A stretch of 64,000 nt of DNA from Isurus oxyrinchus (Eukaryota), in NCBI GenBank assembly GCA_026770705.1, contig JANJGN010000038.1, forward strand, positions 186,001 to 250,000, in the 5' to 3' direction. How positions within the stretch are numbered: position 1 is the first letter of the stretch; each line of letters opens with the position of its first letter. Under the pieces are notes generated by a model. It saw only the letters and a list, made by a program, of their open reading frames with translations. It made no database searches and was not told the origin of the DNA. The translations under genes and the position numbers were made by a program. Of this stretch, positions 37,231-50,064 are shown one piece after another.

Positions 37231-37749
37231 AGTGCTAAGAATGTGGAACTCATTACCATTAGATTTCGAGATCACGTCTGAGTTGAAAATGTGTTGGTAA
37301 ATTCACACTGTAAACTGATTGTTTAGCATCTGGAATTGGAAAGGGGTTCGCTATCATCCCAGTTACTGACACAGGAACACAGTGAATGGTGCGAGACCAT
37401 TCAGATACTTCACATGTGCAAAGGGCTTTATTCAGTTTTCCCACAAGTTAACACTCCAACTTTATAAGTTCAAAGCATTTGATCCACAATCAGAGAAATG
37501 ATAATAGCATGACACGGTTTAAATGTTCCACGTATAGGGGGAAAGTCACGAGCTCACCCCATCTGCTGAGACTGCACTGAGTTCAGATGTAACTGTAGGA
37601 TTATTATGTCCAGGCGAGAATTGTGGTGGACCCCTGATCAATTTGGCTGCTGCATCATTTGATTCAACAATTTTATGTCTTGCCCCTATGTCACCCATCG
37701 TATTCTGATTACAGGACATCGGTTTCTGTTCTATAATATGGTCTTTCAA

Positions 37750-38165
37750 TGGCGCAGCGGAGACCCAGGTTTCACTGCGAGACAGAATGTGCCCTATCCT
37801 CACGGCAGCAGCTCGATGCGCGTGCGCAATTCTAAGTGTGGTGGGACATGCGCATTTCGTCTGTTTCATGAGCATGCGCAGTGCTGGTCTGTGACTGAAG
37901 CTGCTCAGAGCGGGTAAGAGAATTTCGAGCGGAGCAAACTGACAGAGTTAGTGGGTGTGTGAGGAGGAATGGAGCCAGCGGAGTGGGCAGGGAGGCTTCA
38001 TAAAGACATAGTGCAGGCCTCAGACCCCAAATAACAAGGTACCGGTCTTGTGTTTGCAGAGAACGGGCCGTAAAAGTCTGGATTTCTCCCTTCGACAGTT
38101 GCTGGGTAACGGCCGCCATCTTTATAGGGGGCAATGTGCAGCAGGGCGCATGCGCGATCATCCTG
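37750..38165 (+). promoter_or_regulatory. Housekeeping-type promoter/first-exon region (ZNF-family), paralogous to 61340-61730
   Basis: Clustered NRF1-like motifs (tgcgcgtgcgca, catgcgca, gcgcatgcgc at ~38146), YY1 ccgccatctt at ~38113, local CpG enrichment, donor-like gcgg/gtaaga at ~37913. Confidence 0.6.
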
Positions 38166-39411
38166 GTCCAGTTAGCAGGAGGAAAGAATATTATGAATTT
38201 CTAACCTGGACTGACAGGGATGGATTTTGGAAACTCCTTTTGCAGGGGGTTAGAAGCAAACTCAAACCAAGAGAAATGTTTGTCTCTTCTCAATTTATGT
38301 TCGGGATTGACAATGATGAATTTTGTGAACTCTATTTACAGGGTGTTGGAAGAGGAGGGCAAACTCGAGGGAGATGAGAAACCAAAACCAAACATCACGT
38401 CAAAATCTGAAAGTCACTTGTTTCTCCAGGACCTGAATATCACCAGCCTTTGAATATAAGCTTTGAGTTCCAGGTCATTACCAGTCACTCTGTAAAATAA
38501 ACTCTTCCTTGCATCCCCCTTGTTGAACTTGCCCAAAATCTTAAAACTCTGTCCCTTAATCCTTTCATAATCAGCTAATGGGAGCAGCTTTTATTTAACT
38601 ACCTTTCTTAATCCTGTACCCCTTTATCAAATCTTCCCTCAATCTCCTTTACTCTAAGGAGAACAACCCGTTTCTTGAACCTCATCTTACAGTTGAAACC
38701 CCTCATCTCTTGAACCAGTCTGGTTAATCTCCTCTGTACCCTTACATCCTTCACAATGTGTGGTGATCACTAGTTTGCACGGACCCAGATGTTCTGTGTT
38801 TGTGCCTGTGACATCATCACACATCGACAATTACACTGTGACATCATCACACATCGACAGTTACACGGTGACTTCATCCGGCTCCCTGGGTATTTCCTCA
38901 ACTGGGAGATTTTTCTCTGACTCCAGTGTTTCTGATATCTTTCCAGCTGCAGCTCCAGCAGGAGAGTTTAAAGTTGAAAACTGAAATTGTTTTAGAGTTT
39001 ACTGTTTTTCACCATCCACCTACAATTTAGAGCTTTTAGGTCTATGCTGTGTATCTGTGAGAGGCTCCATGGCTCTGGGGCTGGTGTGGCTCCTTTACTG
39101 TGGATCTGAATCCATGTTCATCCATTGATCTGTTTCACCTCTGCCCACCCTGATCACTTCGCTGCCATTTTTTAACTTCCACTGTCTCTAATAATGGATA
39201 TATTTGAGTTATATTTAATATTTTACTGTTACTACTGTCGATTGTGTTGAAATGAAGTTTCCAGCACTGTCCATCCCCTGACCATGTGCTGCTGGCTTCC
39301 CAGCTTTATCTTCCCACAGTATCTTTCATAGTCAGGAATTGCTTTTCCATTTCTATTCCACTTCTGAGCTTATATTGACCATCAAGTTCGGCACAATTTT
39401 TACTCCCTGAG

Positions 39412-39710
39412 AGGAGGCGATGGTGTAATGGTATTGTCACTGGACGAGTAATCCAGAGACCCAGGGCAATATCCTGGGGACCCAGATTCAAATCCCGTCA
39501 TGGCAGATGGTGGAATTCCAATTCTATGGAAAAAATCTAGAATTAAAAGTCTAATGATGACCAACGATGATTGTCGTAAAAACCCACCTGGATCACTCAA
39601 GCCCTTTAGGGAAGGAAATCTGCCGTCTATACGTGACTCCATACCACAGCAGTGGTTGACTTTTAACTGCCCTCTGAATGCCGGCCTGAGTGATGCCCAC
39701 GTGAATTTAG
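39412..39710 (+). mobile_element. tRNA-derived SINE (SacSINE1-like); another copy at ~57550-57755 on -
   Basis: A-box tggtgtaatgg and B-box gattcaaatcc; absent from the paralogous block at ~62985. Confidence 0.7.
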
Positions 39711-39924
39711 AAAAATCATTCTGCACACCTTGAAACGTTAACTCTGTCTCTCTCCACAGATACCAGCATCTATTGTGATTGCCAGTTGCCTGTGGAGAAG
39801 ATGATGTTTGACTCTCTTGAACCGCTGCAGTCTGTGTGGTGAAGGTGCTCCCACAATGCTGTTAGGTAAGGAGTTACAGGTTATTCACCCAGTGATGATG
39901 AAAGAACTGTGATATATCTCCAAA

Positions 39925-40445
39925 TCAACAACAACAATGTGTATTTATAAGTCACTTTCAATGTAAGACAATGTTCCAAGCATTTCACAGAAAAGTTAAA
40001 AGCAAGGTTTGACACTGAGCCAAACAAGGAGATATTCGGGCAGGTGACCAAACATTTGGTCAAAGAGGTAGGTTTTAAGGAGTGTCTTAAAGGAGAAAAA
40101 TGAAGTAGAGAGGAAGAGAGGTTTGGGGAGAAAATTCCAGGGCTTGGGGCCATGGAAACTGACAGAATGCTCAGCAGGTCAGAACTAAAGGAGCACAAAC
40201 ATCTCAGAGGGTTGTGAGGCTGGATTACAGTGATAGGGAGGGGCGAGGCCAACATGGAATTTCAACAAGTGGATGAGAATTTTAAAATGTAGGTGCTTCT
40301 TATCCTAGATCCTTTGTAGGTCAGTGAGCACATGGGTGATAGGTGAACAAGACTTGGTGCAAGTAGGCACACGGGCAGCAGAGTTTTGGATGACCTCAAG
40401 GTTATAGGGAGGTTGAAAGTGGGAGACCAGCCGGGAGTGGGTCAG
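39925..40445 (-). mobile_element. L2-like LINE 3' fragment (related pieces at 33030-33200, 46110-46750, 53270-53510, 54420-54830, 56680-56905, 63135-63900)
   Basis: (caa)n tail on +; rc encodes LEVIQNSAARV..SPITHVLTDL. Confidence 0.7.
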
Positions 40446-41249
40446 ACAGGTCAGGACGGTGTGTGACTTGGAGGGGAACTTGGAGATGATGATGCTCACA
40501 AACACCTGCTACCCTGGTCCTTCTGGGGGTGGAGGTTGAGGGATTGGAAGATTCTGTCAAAGTTCTGCTTATGTTATAGATATAAATAATCCATCTCCTT
40601 CGCCTCCTGCTCTATCTACCTCTTTCTCTCTCACTCACTCTTTCTATAGAGGCCAGTGTCGATCCAGACTGGGTGGCAGGTTCCCTTCCCTGAAGGACAT
40701 TAGTGACCCAGTTGAGTGTTTATGGCAATCTTGCAATTTTCATGGTCACTTTTTCTTCGTGCCGGCCCCACAAATTCCCAGATTCATTCAGCTCACACAC
40801 CGAACTCTTCAGTCAGGAGAGGACCCACAGGAAATGATTAAATCATTTACAGTTTGGGCACTTGAACAATGAGGAGTCTACACCAACATTATCCCTGTCC
40901 TCTGGATTGGGGAACTATACTCTGTCTGTATTACTGCGGTGCTGTTAATAAAGTCAGCGTCAGACAATCTGTTGTGAGCTTGATTATCTGGTGCCTGAAT
41001 CCACAAGATTCATCATTTAGAGTCAACAAGATGAACAAGGAAACATATCACGGCCCAAAACTCCAGCTTGATATTCACAGGAGAAAGTCTGTTATCGAAC
41101 ACCTCAAATGGACAGAACAGAGAAAGATCCCAACTGGAAGAAACCCTCGAATCATTTGTAAATATCTTTCAAATGCTGACAGATTCCAGCTGTCAGTTTC
41201 CATCACATTGAAGTTAATGGAAGGTGAGAGTGCGGTTATTCTAGAACTA

Positions 41250-41800
41250 TAAAAAAACACTAGTTAGAGCACAGCTAGAGTACTGAGTCCAGTTGTGGTC
41301 AGCACATTACAGGAAGGATGTGATCACACTGGAGTGAGCGCAGAAGAGATTTACCTCGATGTTGCCAGGACTGGAGAATTTTTGCTCTGAGCAAAGATTG
41401 AAGAGGCTGGAGTTGTTTTCGTTGGGACAGGGGAGGAAGAGGGGAGATTTAATTTAAGTGTAAAAATTATGAGGGTCCCAGATAGGAAGGACCTACTTCA
41501 TTTATAGAGGTCTGAACCAAGAGGATAGAGATTTAAAGTAATTAGTGGAAGGATTAGAGTGGAGTTCAATAATGCTTTTACCCAGAGGGTGGTGAGTCTT
41601 GGAACCTACTGACTGACAGGGTGGTAGAGGCAGAAATACACAGATTTAAAAAGTACTGGGATATACACTGGATGTGCTGTAACCTGCAGGATTACGGACC
41701 AAGAGCTGGGAAGCGGGATGATACTGGATTGCTCATTTTCAGACACTACAGACATGACGGGCTGAATGGCCTCCTTTGTGCTATAATTTCTATGATTCTG
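41250..41800 (+). mobile_element. CR1 LINE 3' fragment
   Basis: Decayed RT C-terminus and gggctgaatggcctcctttgtgct tail. Confidence 0.75.
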
Positions 41801-42060
41801 TGGTGACAAGTGGCCCTCGTGTTTTTATCTGAGACAGGCCTCAGCCCAGTTATTTGCCCAGAGTGTCGATGTGATGGTTCAAGCTAAGAGATGCCGGGTA
41901 CCGGGAGCAGCAGGAACAATAAATCAAACCGAGGTGTCAGTAAATACTGATATAGTTTATTTGTATCTAGTTCCATTTTTATAAGTTCTGCTGAATGTGG
42001 CCCTCGCCCAGTGTCAGGATATTGGATCAGAGCCACCATGGGAAATGAATTTGACACCGG

Positions 42061-42475
42061 TGAGATGGACAATGTCAACCGGATCCTCAGTATCTCTGTA
42101 ACCTCCTCCAGCCCCACAACCCTTCCTGTAAATACAAGGTGCTGTTCTTGGATTACACCCTGAGATAGACAATGTCAACCGGATCCTCAGTATCTCTGTA
42201 ACCTCCTCCAGCCCCACAACCCTTCCTGTAAATACAAGGTGCTGCTGTTGGATTACACCCTGAGATAGACAATGTCAACCGGATCCTCAGTGTCTCTGTA
42301 ACCTCCCCCAGCCCCACAACCCTTCCTGTAAATACAAGGTGTTGTTCTTGGATTACACCCTGAGATAGACAATGTCAACCGGATCCTCGGTATCTCTGTA
42401 ACCTCCTCCAGCCCCACAACCCTCTGTGTAAATACAAGGTGTTGTTCTTGGATTACACCCTGAGATAGTCAATGT
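42061..42475. repeat. 100-bp tandem repeat, 4 full copies plus a partial fifth
   Basis: tgagatrgacaatgtcaaccggatcctc.. begins at 42061, 42161, 42261, 42361 and 42461. Confidence 0.95.
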
Positions 42476-42574
42476 AATTATATTTTAACCTTTATTCTTC
42501 AGGTAAAGTATCTTTCTTCAGGCTGTTCTCAAGGTTTTGCAAGATGAATCCAAACAATGATTTATTTGTACTTC

Positions 42575-42860
42575 TTGCAGTTTAGTTACTGTATTCACTG
42601 CTCACGATGCAGTCTGCTCTACATTGGGGAGACCAACACAGATTGGGTGATCACTTTGTGGAACAACCTCCATTCAGTCTGTGAGCTTAATCCTGACTTG
42701 TCATTTTAATTTTCCGCCTCACTCTCACTCTGACCTCTCTGTCCTTGGCCTCCTGCACTGTTCCAATGAAGCTCCATCAGTGCTCGAGGAACAGCAGCTC
42801 ATCTTTCAATTCAGCACTTTACAACCTTCCGGACTGAACATCGAGTTCAGCAGTTTCTGC
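42575..42860 (+). mobile_element. Decayed Penelope GIY-YIG fragment
   Basis: tacattggggagacc (YIG); CHFN..LSVLGLLHC..LQPSGLNIEF. Confidence 0.8.
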
Positions 42861-43459
42861 ACCAACAGAGAGTTTTCAGGATCTGGAACATTCTACCTGA
42901 AAAGGTGCTGGAACCTGACTGTATCATGAATTTTAAAAGGGAGTTGACAGGGATTTGGGATTGAGGAACTTACAGGGTTACAAACAGAAAGTGGGTGTGT
43001 GGGACTAAACACGACAGCTCTTTCAAAGAGGCAGCACAAGCACAAAGGGTTGAATGGCCTCCTGTGCTCTACCTTTCGATGATTCTGGGAGTTGGCCATT
43101 TAGCCCCTCGAGTCTGTCCCACCATGCAATCAGATCAGGCTGACCTGTGACCCTTCATCTCATGTCCTTTAATTTATACCTTGTGTTAGGAAGGATCTAT
43201 CAATGCCAGATTGAAACTGAACATTGATCAAGCATGAACTGCTAATTCAGGAAGAGAATTCCCAACTTTCCCTGGAGAAGATTTTCCTAATCTCACTCCT
43301 GAAAGGTCTGGCTCTAATTTTTAGACCATGTTCCTCAGTCCTGGATTCCCCAACCAATGGAAATAGTTCCCCACTATCTACCACACCATTTCCAATTAAT
43401 ATCATGAAAACTTCGAGAAAATCCTCCGCAATCTTCTAAATTCCAGGGAATACAAACCT

Positions 43460-44235
43460 CACAGTGAGATGATGAATATTGGCAGAATGAATAGGGCACT
43501 CAATGGTACAGTCCAAAAGGGTGTGTAGGGACTGGGGAGAACTGGGGGTTAATGTGCATACACATTTGGAGGTGAAAGGACATAATGAGAGAGCAGTTCG
43601 CAAAATATATGAGATCCTGGGTTTCATAAGCAGATTTAATCTGTATAAACACAGGGGAAAATAGCTGACCCGTTATAAAGCTCTGGTTAGGTCACAACAG
43701 GAGTAATGCATCCAGTTCTGGTCTCCACACTTTAGGAAAGGGGTGAGGGTCCTTGAGAGGATGCGGAGGAGATTTACCAGAATGGTTCCAGGAAAAAGGG
43801 AATTCGGTTACAAAGTGAGATTGGAGAAACTGAAGTTGTTCTTCTTGGAGTTACAGAGTTGAGGGGAGATTTGTGAGAGGTGAACAAGATTGTGACAGGT
43901 TCAGATAAGGTGGACAAAGAAAATGTTGTTTCCATTTGGTGATGGTACAAGGATTAGGGAGACACAGATTGAAGGTTATGGGCAATAGATACAGGGCAAA
44001 TGCAGGGAGGAACATTTTACACAACAAGTGGTAATAACCCGAACTCTCGCCTACGAGCAGGCTGGAAGCAGACATAATCAACGCTTTAAAATTAAATTGG
44101 ATCAGCATTTAAGAGAAATAAACATGCAGGGAGTTGAAGACACAGCGGGGCAATGAGACAGACTGGATTGCTCTACAGAGAGCTGGCATGGACTCAATGG
44201 GCTGAATGGCCTCTTTCTGTGCTGCAATGACTCTG
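43460..44235 (+). mobile_element. CR1 LINE 3' fragment
   Basis: YKALVR..QFWSP-type remnant and gggctgaatggcctctttctgtgct tail. Confidence 0.78.
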
Positions 44236-44374
44236 AAGCATTTGTTTGACCTCTCCTCATAATTTAACCGTTGGAATCCAGCTGTTATTCAGGTACATCT
44301 GCACTCTACTCCCACTAAGGCCAATATAGTTAATCCTTGCTAAGGTGCTGCCCAGAACTGAACACAGTAAATCC

Positions 44375-44478
44375 TGTTCTGATGAAAGATCATGTTGACC
44401 TGAAACGGTAACTATGTTTCTCTCACAGATGCTGCCAGACCTGCTGAGCACTTCCAGCATTTTTATTTTTTATTTCAG
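44375..44478 (+). mobile_element. Penelope-derived short repeat with hammerhead-like core
   Basis: gtt-CTGATGA-aagatcatgttgacct-GAAAC-ggtaact followed by cagatgctgccagacctgctgag. Confidence 0.65.
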
Positions 44479-44959
44479 TGGTTTAGGTGCAGTCTAACCA
44501 GGATTTTGAAAATCCCGGTGCTTTTCCCACAAACAGAACAGACAAACCTTTTTCCTTCTACAGTCAAAGTCATTTAGATCCTGATGATTCAAGTGACCTG
44601 TCCGACCTTGATGTGATGTTTGGTTTGAGTTTCCCCATCTGCAAATCCTTCCCATTGGAAATCCTGTAAAAAGATTATTAAAAAATTCCCTGTCAGTCAG
44701 GGGTAGAAATTGAGAAGAGACAATTATTTCTCTGGGTTTGAGTTTACTGTGTGTAAATCCTCCCCTTCTAACCCTCTGGAAAAGGAGTTTCCAAACACTC
44801 GGTGTAAACTCGGCTCCGAGAGTTTCTAATCCGGGTTTGGAGTCCTACACCGGGGGTTTGTGAACCCTCCCAGTCCACCCCCCGGCTTCATTCCTCTCCT
44901 GCACTCCGCCCTTTCTCACCAGCTGGACTGTCACCCGACCGCCTTCATCCTAGTTCCGC

Positions 44960-45460
44960 ACTGGTAGTGCACATGCTTCAATGCAGTCCGGCCACGCCCC
45001 TCATTCACTCCGATTGGTCGGAGGACCAGCCGCTCACGCTCTATCCTCCAGGCCCGCCCCCTCTTTCTATTGGTTCGGAGCTGCCGTCAATCATTGTGAG
45101 CTGGAGCATGTGCAGAGCGTGAAGTCAGACGTGGGGAGAGCTCGAGTGAGCAGATTTGAAATGTGGGATTTACAAAGACCGAGTGTGGAATGAGAGCTGG
45201 GAAAAAAAAAACCTGTGAGCATAGATAGGTCTGGCGGGTAAGTCGGGAGGCTTTATGGATTCACGGTCTCTGTCCTAAACCCTCAATAAGGAACCATCCG
45301 TCCAACCACAGATTAGGCTATTTCTCTGCAAGTAGGCCCGATATAACAGCTGCCATTTTGGCGGGGGCAAGAAGCAGCAGAGCGCATGTGCAGTCACCAT
45401 ATTTGTAGGGGGCAATGTCCAACAGGGCGCATGCATGGCCGCCATCTTTACAGAGGCTGC
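44960..45460. promoter_or_regulatory. Promoter / exon 1 of the ZNF gene, possibly bidirectional
   Basis: GC boxes (ggccacgcccc 44991, cccgcccc ~45053), reverse CCAAT boxes (attgg 45013, 45069), YY1 (gccatttt, ccgccatctt), decayed NRF1 motifs, donor gcgg/GTAAGT at 45238. Confidence 0.65.
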
Positions 45461-45704
45461 AGACCCGGATGAATGACCCGCAAGAGGGACAATAAATCAG
45501 AGATAAAGTTTGGTGTGAAATCAATGGGTTGTTGTAAAACAGGAGATCAGGGTCACAGTCAGAAACAACAACAACTTCTATTAACATCATACATCATCCC
45601 AGTGAGCTTCACAGGGAAATTATAAAACAAAGTGTGACATCCAGACACAGAAAGAGGTGTCCAAAATACTTAAACAGTCGCTTGGTTGTAAAAAATTTGA
45701 TCAT

Positions 45705-46100
45705 TACTAAAAAAAGAGACAAGCTGTCAAAGCTTTTCGACTTGCACTCACCAGGACAGACACAAGAATCCCAAATTTCAAAGGTAACCACAAGTTCTAC
45801 TGCATGAGAAAAGGGTGCAGATTGTTTGGCCCGTCAGCTCTGATTGGTTGTTGCCATGGAGAACACAGCAAGGAGCTATCATCCTCTGTGCTTTTGTTTA
45901 ATTCCACAATAGGCCCCATGCCTGGACTTGTTCCTTCTGCCTGCAGAGGACAGGTCACTGTGGATGAACATACGTAGCTTCTAGCAAGTGCAAATGAGCC
46001 ACATTATGAGCCCGACTGATAATTTTTGAAATTTGATATTCTTCCCTCTATCCTGATGAGTACAAGATAAAACGTTTTGACAAAATGTCTTTTTTTATTA
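45705..46100. mobile_element. Second Penelope-derived family fragment with inverted ends carrying hammerhead-like cores
   Basis: rc of 45725-45757 = CTGGTGA-GTGCAAGTC-GAAA-AGCTTT; at 46053 CTGATGA-GTACAAGAT-AAAA-CGTTTT. Confidence 0.5.
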
Positions 46101-47223
46101 ATACTCAATTGTCTTAAAGGGGGAAAGTGTGGTAGACAGAGGGAGATAATCTCAGAGCTTGGGGTCGAGGGAACTGAAGGCACGGATGCTAATGGTGGAG
46201 CAATTAAAACAGGGATGCTAGAATTAGAGCAGTGCAGATATCATAACGGGTTGTGCAGGAGATTGCAGAGATTGGGAGAGAGGAGGCCATGGGAGGATTT
46301 GAAAACAAGACTGAGAATTTTAAAATCAAGTTGCTGCTTGAACGGGAGCCAAGGAAGGTCAGGGAGTGGGCCAAGCTGTGAGTGAAGACACAGACAGGAA
46401 AAATATGGTTACGGAGGGTAGAATGTTGGAGACCAGCCAGGAGTGTGTTGGAATGGTCGAGTCTGGAGTTAAAAATGGCAGTGATGAGGGTTTCAGCAGC
46501 AGATGAGACACTCCTGAGACAGGGGTGAGGTCAGGTGATATTACGGAGGCGGAAACAGGCAATCTTAGTGATGGCACAGACATGAGGTCAGCAACTCATT
46601 TTGAGATCAAATGTGACACCGAGGTTGTGAACAGACTGGTTTAACCTCAGACTGTTCTCAGGGAGAGGGATGGAGTTGGTATCTGGGAACTGGAGATTGG
46701 AGCAGGGGCTGAAAACTGTGTCTTCAGTCTTCTCAGTGTTTAATTGGAGTTAATTAATCATCAGCAAGAGAAGCAGGAACCAGAATGGGTCATGAGACTG
46801 ATCCCAGGTTTAACTCAGTTAGAGAGGGAGAGAAAGTAGGAAACCTTGGGATGTTTGGAGAAACCACCTACTCAATCGCTCATTAAATCTCCACACAGTA
46901 AGTTTTGGACACAAGGTTAACATCTGCTATTCTGCCTGGTCAGTCAGAGGGTTTCAGATTAATGTTTTGTCACGAGTAATCTCTGAAGTGAATGATCAGA
47001 CATATTGTCACCTTCAGTTGTAGAAATTTGTTAAAAAGATACAGAAGGAATTGTCCAAAACTCTGTTTGGATTTCAGCACAGGGAGGAGGGAGAGTGTGT
47101 GGGATGGGGATTTGCAGCTTTCAGGGAACAAGAGAGGAAAAAAGTTCAGTAGAAACTAGAATTGTCTGTTCTGAATTTCTATCCTGTCCTTACAATGATG
47201 ACTCTTGTAAACTCCTTTTACAG

Positions 47224-49060
47224 AGAATTAGATTGAGAGGATTTTCAGGCAGGAAACTCAAACCAAACATCACATCAAGATCTGACAGAGTCACTCGATT
47301 CATCAGGACCTGAATATCATCACCTTTGAATGTGGAGGGAGAAATGTTTGTCTGTTCTGTCTGTGGGAAAATATTTCAAACATCAGTGTAACTGGAAAAG
47401 CACCGAGACACACACACACCCGAGTGAGAGTGTTCCAGTGAACTGACTGTGGAAAGAGCTTTAACCAGTTATAAAGCCTGAAATAGTATCACACCATTCA
47501 CAGCGGGGAGAAACTGTGCACATGTTCTCTGTGTGGCCGAGGCTTCAACCGATCATCAAACCTGGAGATACACAGGGACACCTGCACCATGGAGAAACCG
47601 TGGAAATGTGAGGACTGTGGGAAGGGATTCAATTGTCCATCCAAACTGGAAATCCATCGACACAGTCACACTGGGGAAAGGCTGTTCACCTGCTCCGAGG
47701 GTGGGAAGGGATTCAAGTGGTTATCCCACCTGCTGAGACACCAGCAAGTTCACACTGGAGAGAGACCATTCACCTGCTCCCAGTGTGGGAAGGGATTCAC
47801 TCGGTCATCCCACCTGCTGACACACCAGCGAGTTCACACTGGAGAGAGACCATTCACTTGCTCCGATTGTGGGAAGGGATTCACTCAGTCATCCCTCCTG
47901 CTGACACACCAGTGAATTCACACTGGAGAGAGACCATTCACCTGCTCCCAGTGTGGGAAGGGATTCACTCAGTCATCCCACCTGCTGATACACCAGCAAG
48001 TTCACACTGGAGAGAGACCATTCACCTGCTCTGATTGTGCGAAGGGATTCACTCAGTCATCCCTCTTGCTGACACACCAGCGAATTCACACTGGAGAGAG
48101 ACCATTCACCTGCTCCGAGTGTTGGAGGGGATTCACTCAGTCATCCCACCTGTTGACACACCAGCAAGTTCACACTGGAGAGAGACCATTCACTTGCTCC
48201 CAGTGTGGGAAGGGATTCACTCGGTCATCCCACCTGCTGAGACACCAGCAAGTTCACACTGGAGAGAGACCATTCACCTGCTCCGAGTGTGGGAAGGGAT
48301 TCACTTGGTCATCAAACCTGCTGACACACCAGAGGCTTCACACTGGGGAAATACCATTCACCTGCTCCCAGTGTGGGAAGGGATTCACTCAGTCATCCCA
48401 CCTGCTGACACACCAGCAAGTTCACACTGGAGAGAGACCATTCACCTGCATGGTATGTGGGAAGGGATTCACTGGCTCTTCTAACCTACTGACGCACCAG
48501 CGAATTCACACTGAGGAAAGGACATTTGGTTGTACTTCTTGTGGAAAGAGATTCAGGACTTTATTCAACCTCAAAGTGCACCAGCGAATTCACACTGGGG
48601 AGAGGCCTTTCACCTACTCTGAGCGTGAGAAAGGATTCACTCAGTCATCCCACCTGCTGACACACCAGCGAGTTCACAATGAAGAGACACCATTCTCCTG
48701 TTCCGAGTGTGGGAAGGGATTCACTCAGTTATCCAGCCTGCTGAAACACCAGCGAATTCACACAAGGAGAGGCCGTTCACCTGTACTTCCTGTGGAAAAG
48801 GGATTCAGCCTTCATTCCACCTCAGTGTACACCAGTGAATTCACATTGGATAGAGACCATCCACCTTCTCCGAGTGTGGAAAGGGATTCACTCATTTATC
48901 CAACCTCTTGAGACACCAGCTAGTTCACTCTGGGGAGAGGCTGTTCACATTCTCCGAATGGAGGAAGGGATTCACTTGCTCATCCCACCTGCTCAGACAC
49001 CAGCGAGTTCACAAGTGTCTGCAGGGGTTGGATTCTGCTGTTATTGCTGTTGTTAATCAC
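47224..49060 (+). pseudogene. C2H2 zinc-finger array gene (about 20 fingers), disabled
   Basis: 84-bp [16 protein letters not shown] repeats; acceptor ctccttttacAG ends at 47223; in-frame TGA at 47913, frameshift near 48765, further stops and lost Cys residues; AATAAA at 49163. Confidence 0.9.
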
Positions 49061-49743
49061 ATCCAGAACTGAACCATGTTCATTCTGATAGTTGTGGTTT
49101 GTTTCTGCTGATGTTAATAATCCCTGTAACTGGGCTGAAGTTTAATATCTTGATGTCTGTTAAATAAATCAGCTTTGTTTCAAACTCTCAGGATGTCGAG
49201 TCCTTGATTTCTCCAGGATAAGAGGAGACGAATCGATGTCCTTTTCCCAACTGCTCCATTTTTGGTTTTTTTCTCCTTTCTCACTCTAGATTCTTTCAGT
49301 TCTCAGACCTTTGGTTACTCTCATGGATAAGTCCCACCTCCCCAAACCTCCCAGAGAGCCTTGGGATCCAGGGAAGTATCAGTATTAAAAACAGAAAATG
49401 CTGGAAATAACCGATACTTTTCCAAGTGCCAGTTGATTTTCTCCCAGATTATTGTCTCCAGCCTTTCCCCACCACTGATGTGAAGCTGATTGTCCTGGAA
49501 TTGATGTGTTTTTGAACAGGGTGTAACATTTACAATCTGTCAGTCCTTTGACACCACTACTATATAAGGAGGATTGGAAGATTGTGACCAGAGCCTCCAC
49601 AAGTTCCATCTGAAGGATGCTGTCTCTGACAGTGCAGCAGTCCCTCAATGTCACCCTGGAGTGTCAGCCTAGATAATGTGCTCAGGTTTATTAATATTTC
49701 CTCTTGTTATTGATGTGGATCATTAAGAAACAATGGACTCTTA

Positions 49744-49872
49744 TGATGTCATCCAGCCCCAGCGTGATGATGTCATCCAGTCCCAATGTGATGATGTCAT
49801 CCAGTCCCAGTGCGATGATGTCATCCAGTCCCAGTGCGATGATGTCATCCAGTCCCAGTGCGATGATGTCAT
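49744..49872. repeat. 24-bp minisatellite, about 5 copies
   Basis: gatgatgtcatccagtcccagtgc. Confidence 0.92.
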
Positions 49873-50064
49873 GAAGACTATTAAATACCAACGGAGCCTT
49901 AGTGGTGAAAACAGTTTTGTTCAAGATGGCAGCAAGACCATTAGTGATAGATCAGCAAATGGAATTAATGGGAAAGAAAGTGAGGCAGCTCATGGACATC
50001 AGGAATAGTGTTGTGGATTATGAAGAAGAACATGTACAGTATACATGTCCCGTCTCCCAAAAAG

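Noticed and set aside
49744-49872. TGATGA repeats as C/D-box snoRNA array
   Set aside because: No paired CTGA D boxes or terminal stems; simple 24-bp minisatellite
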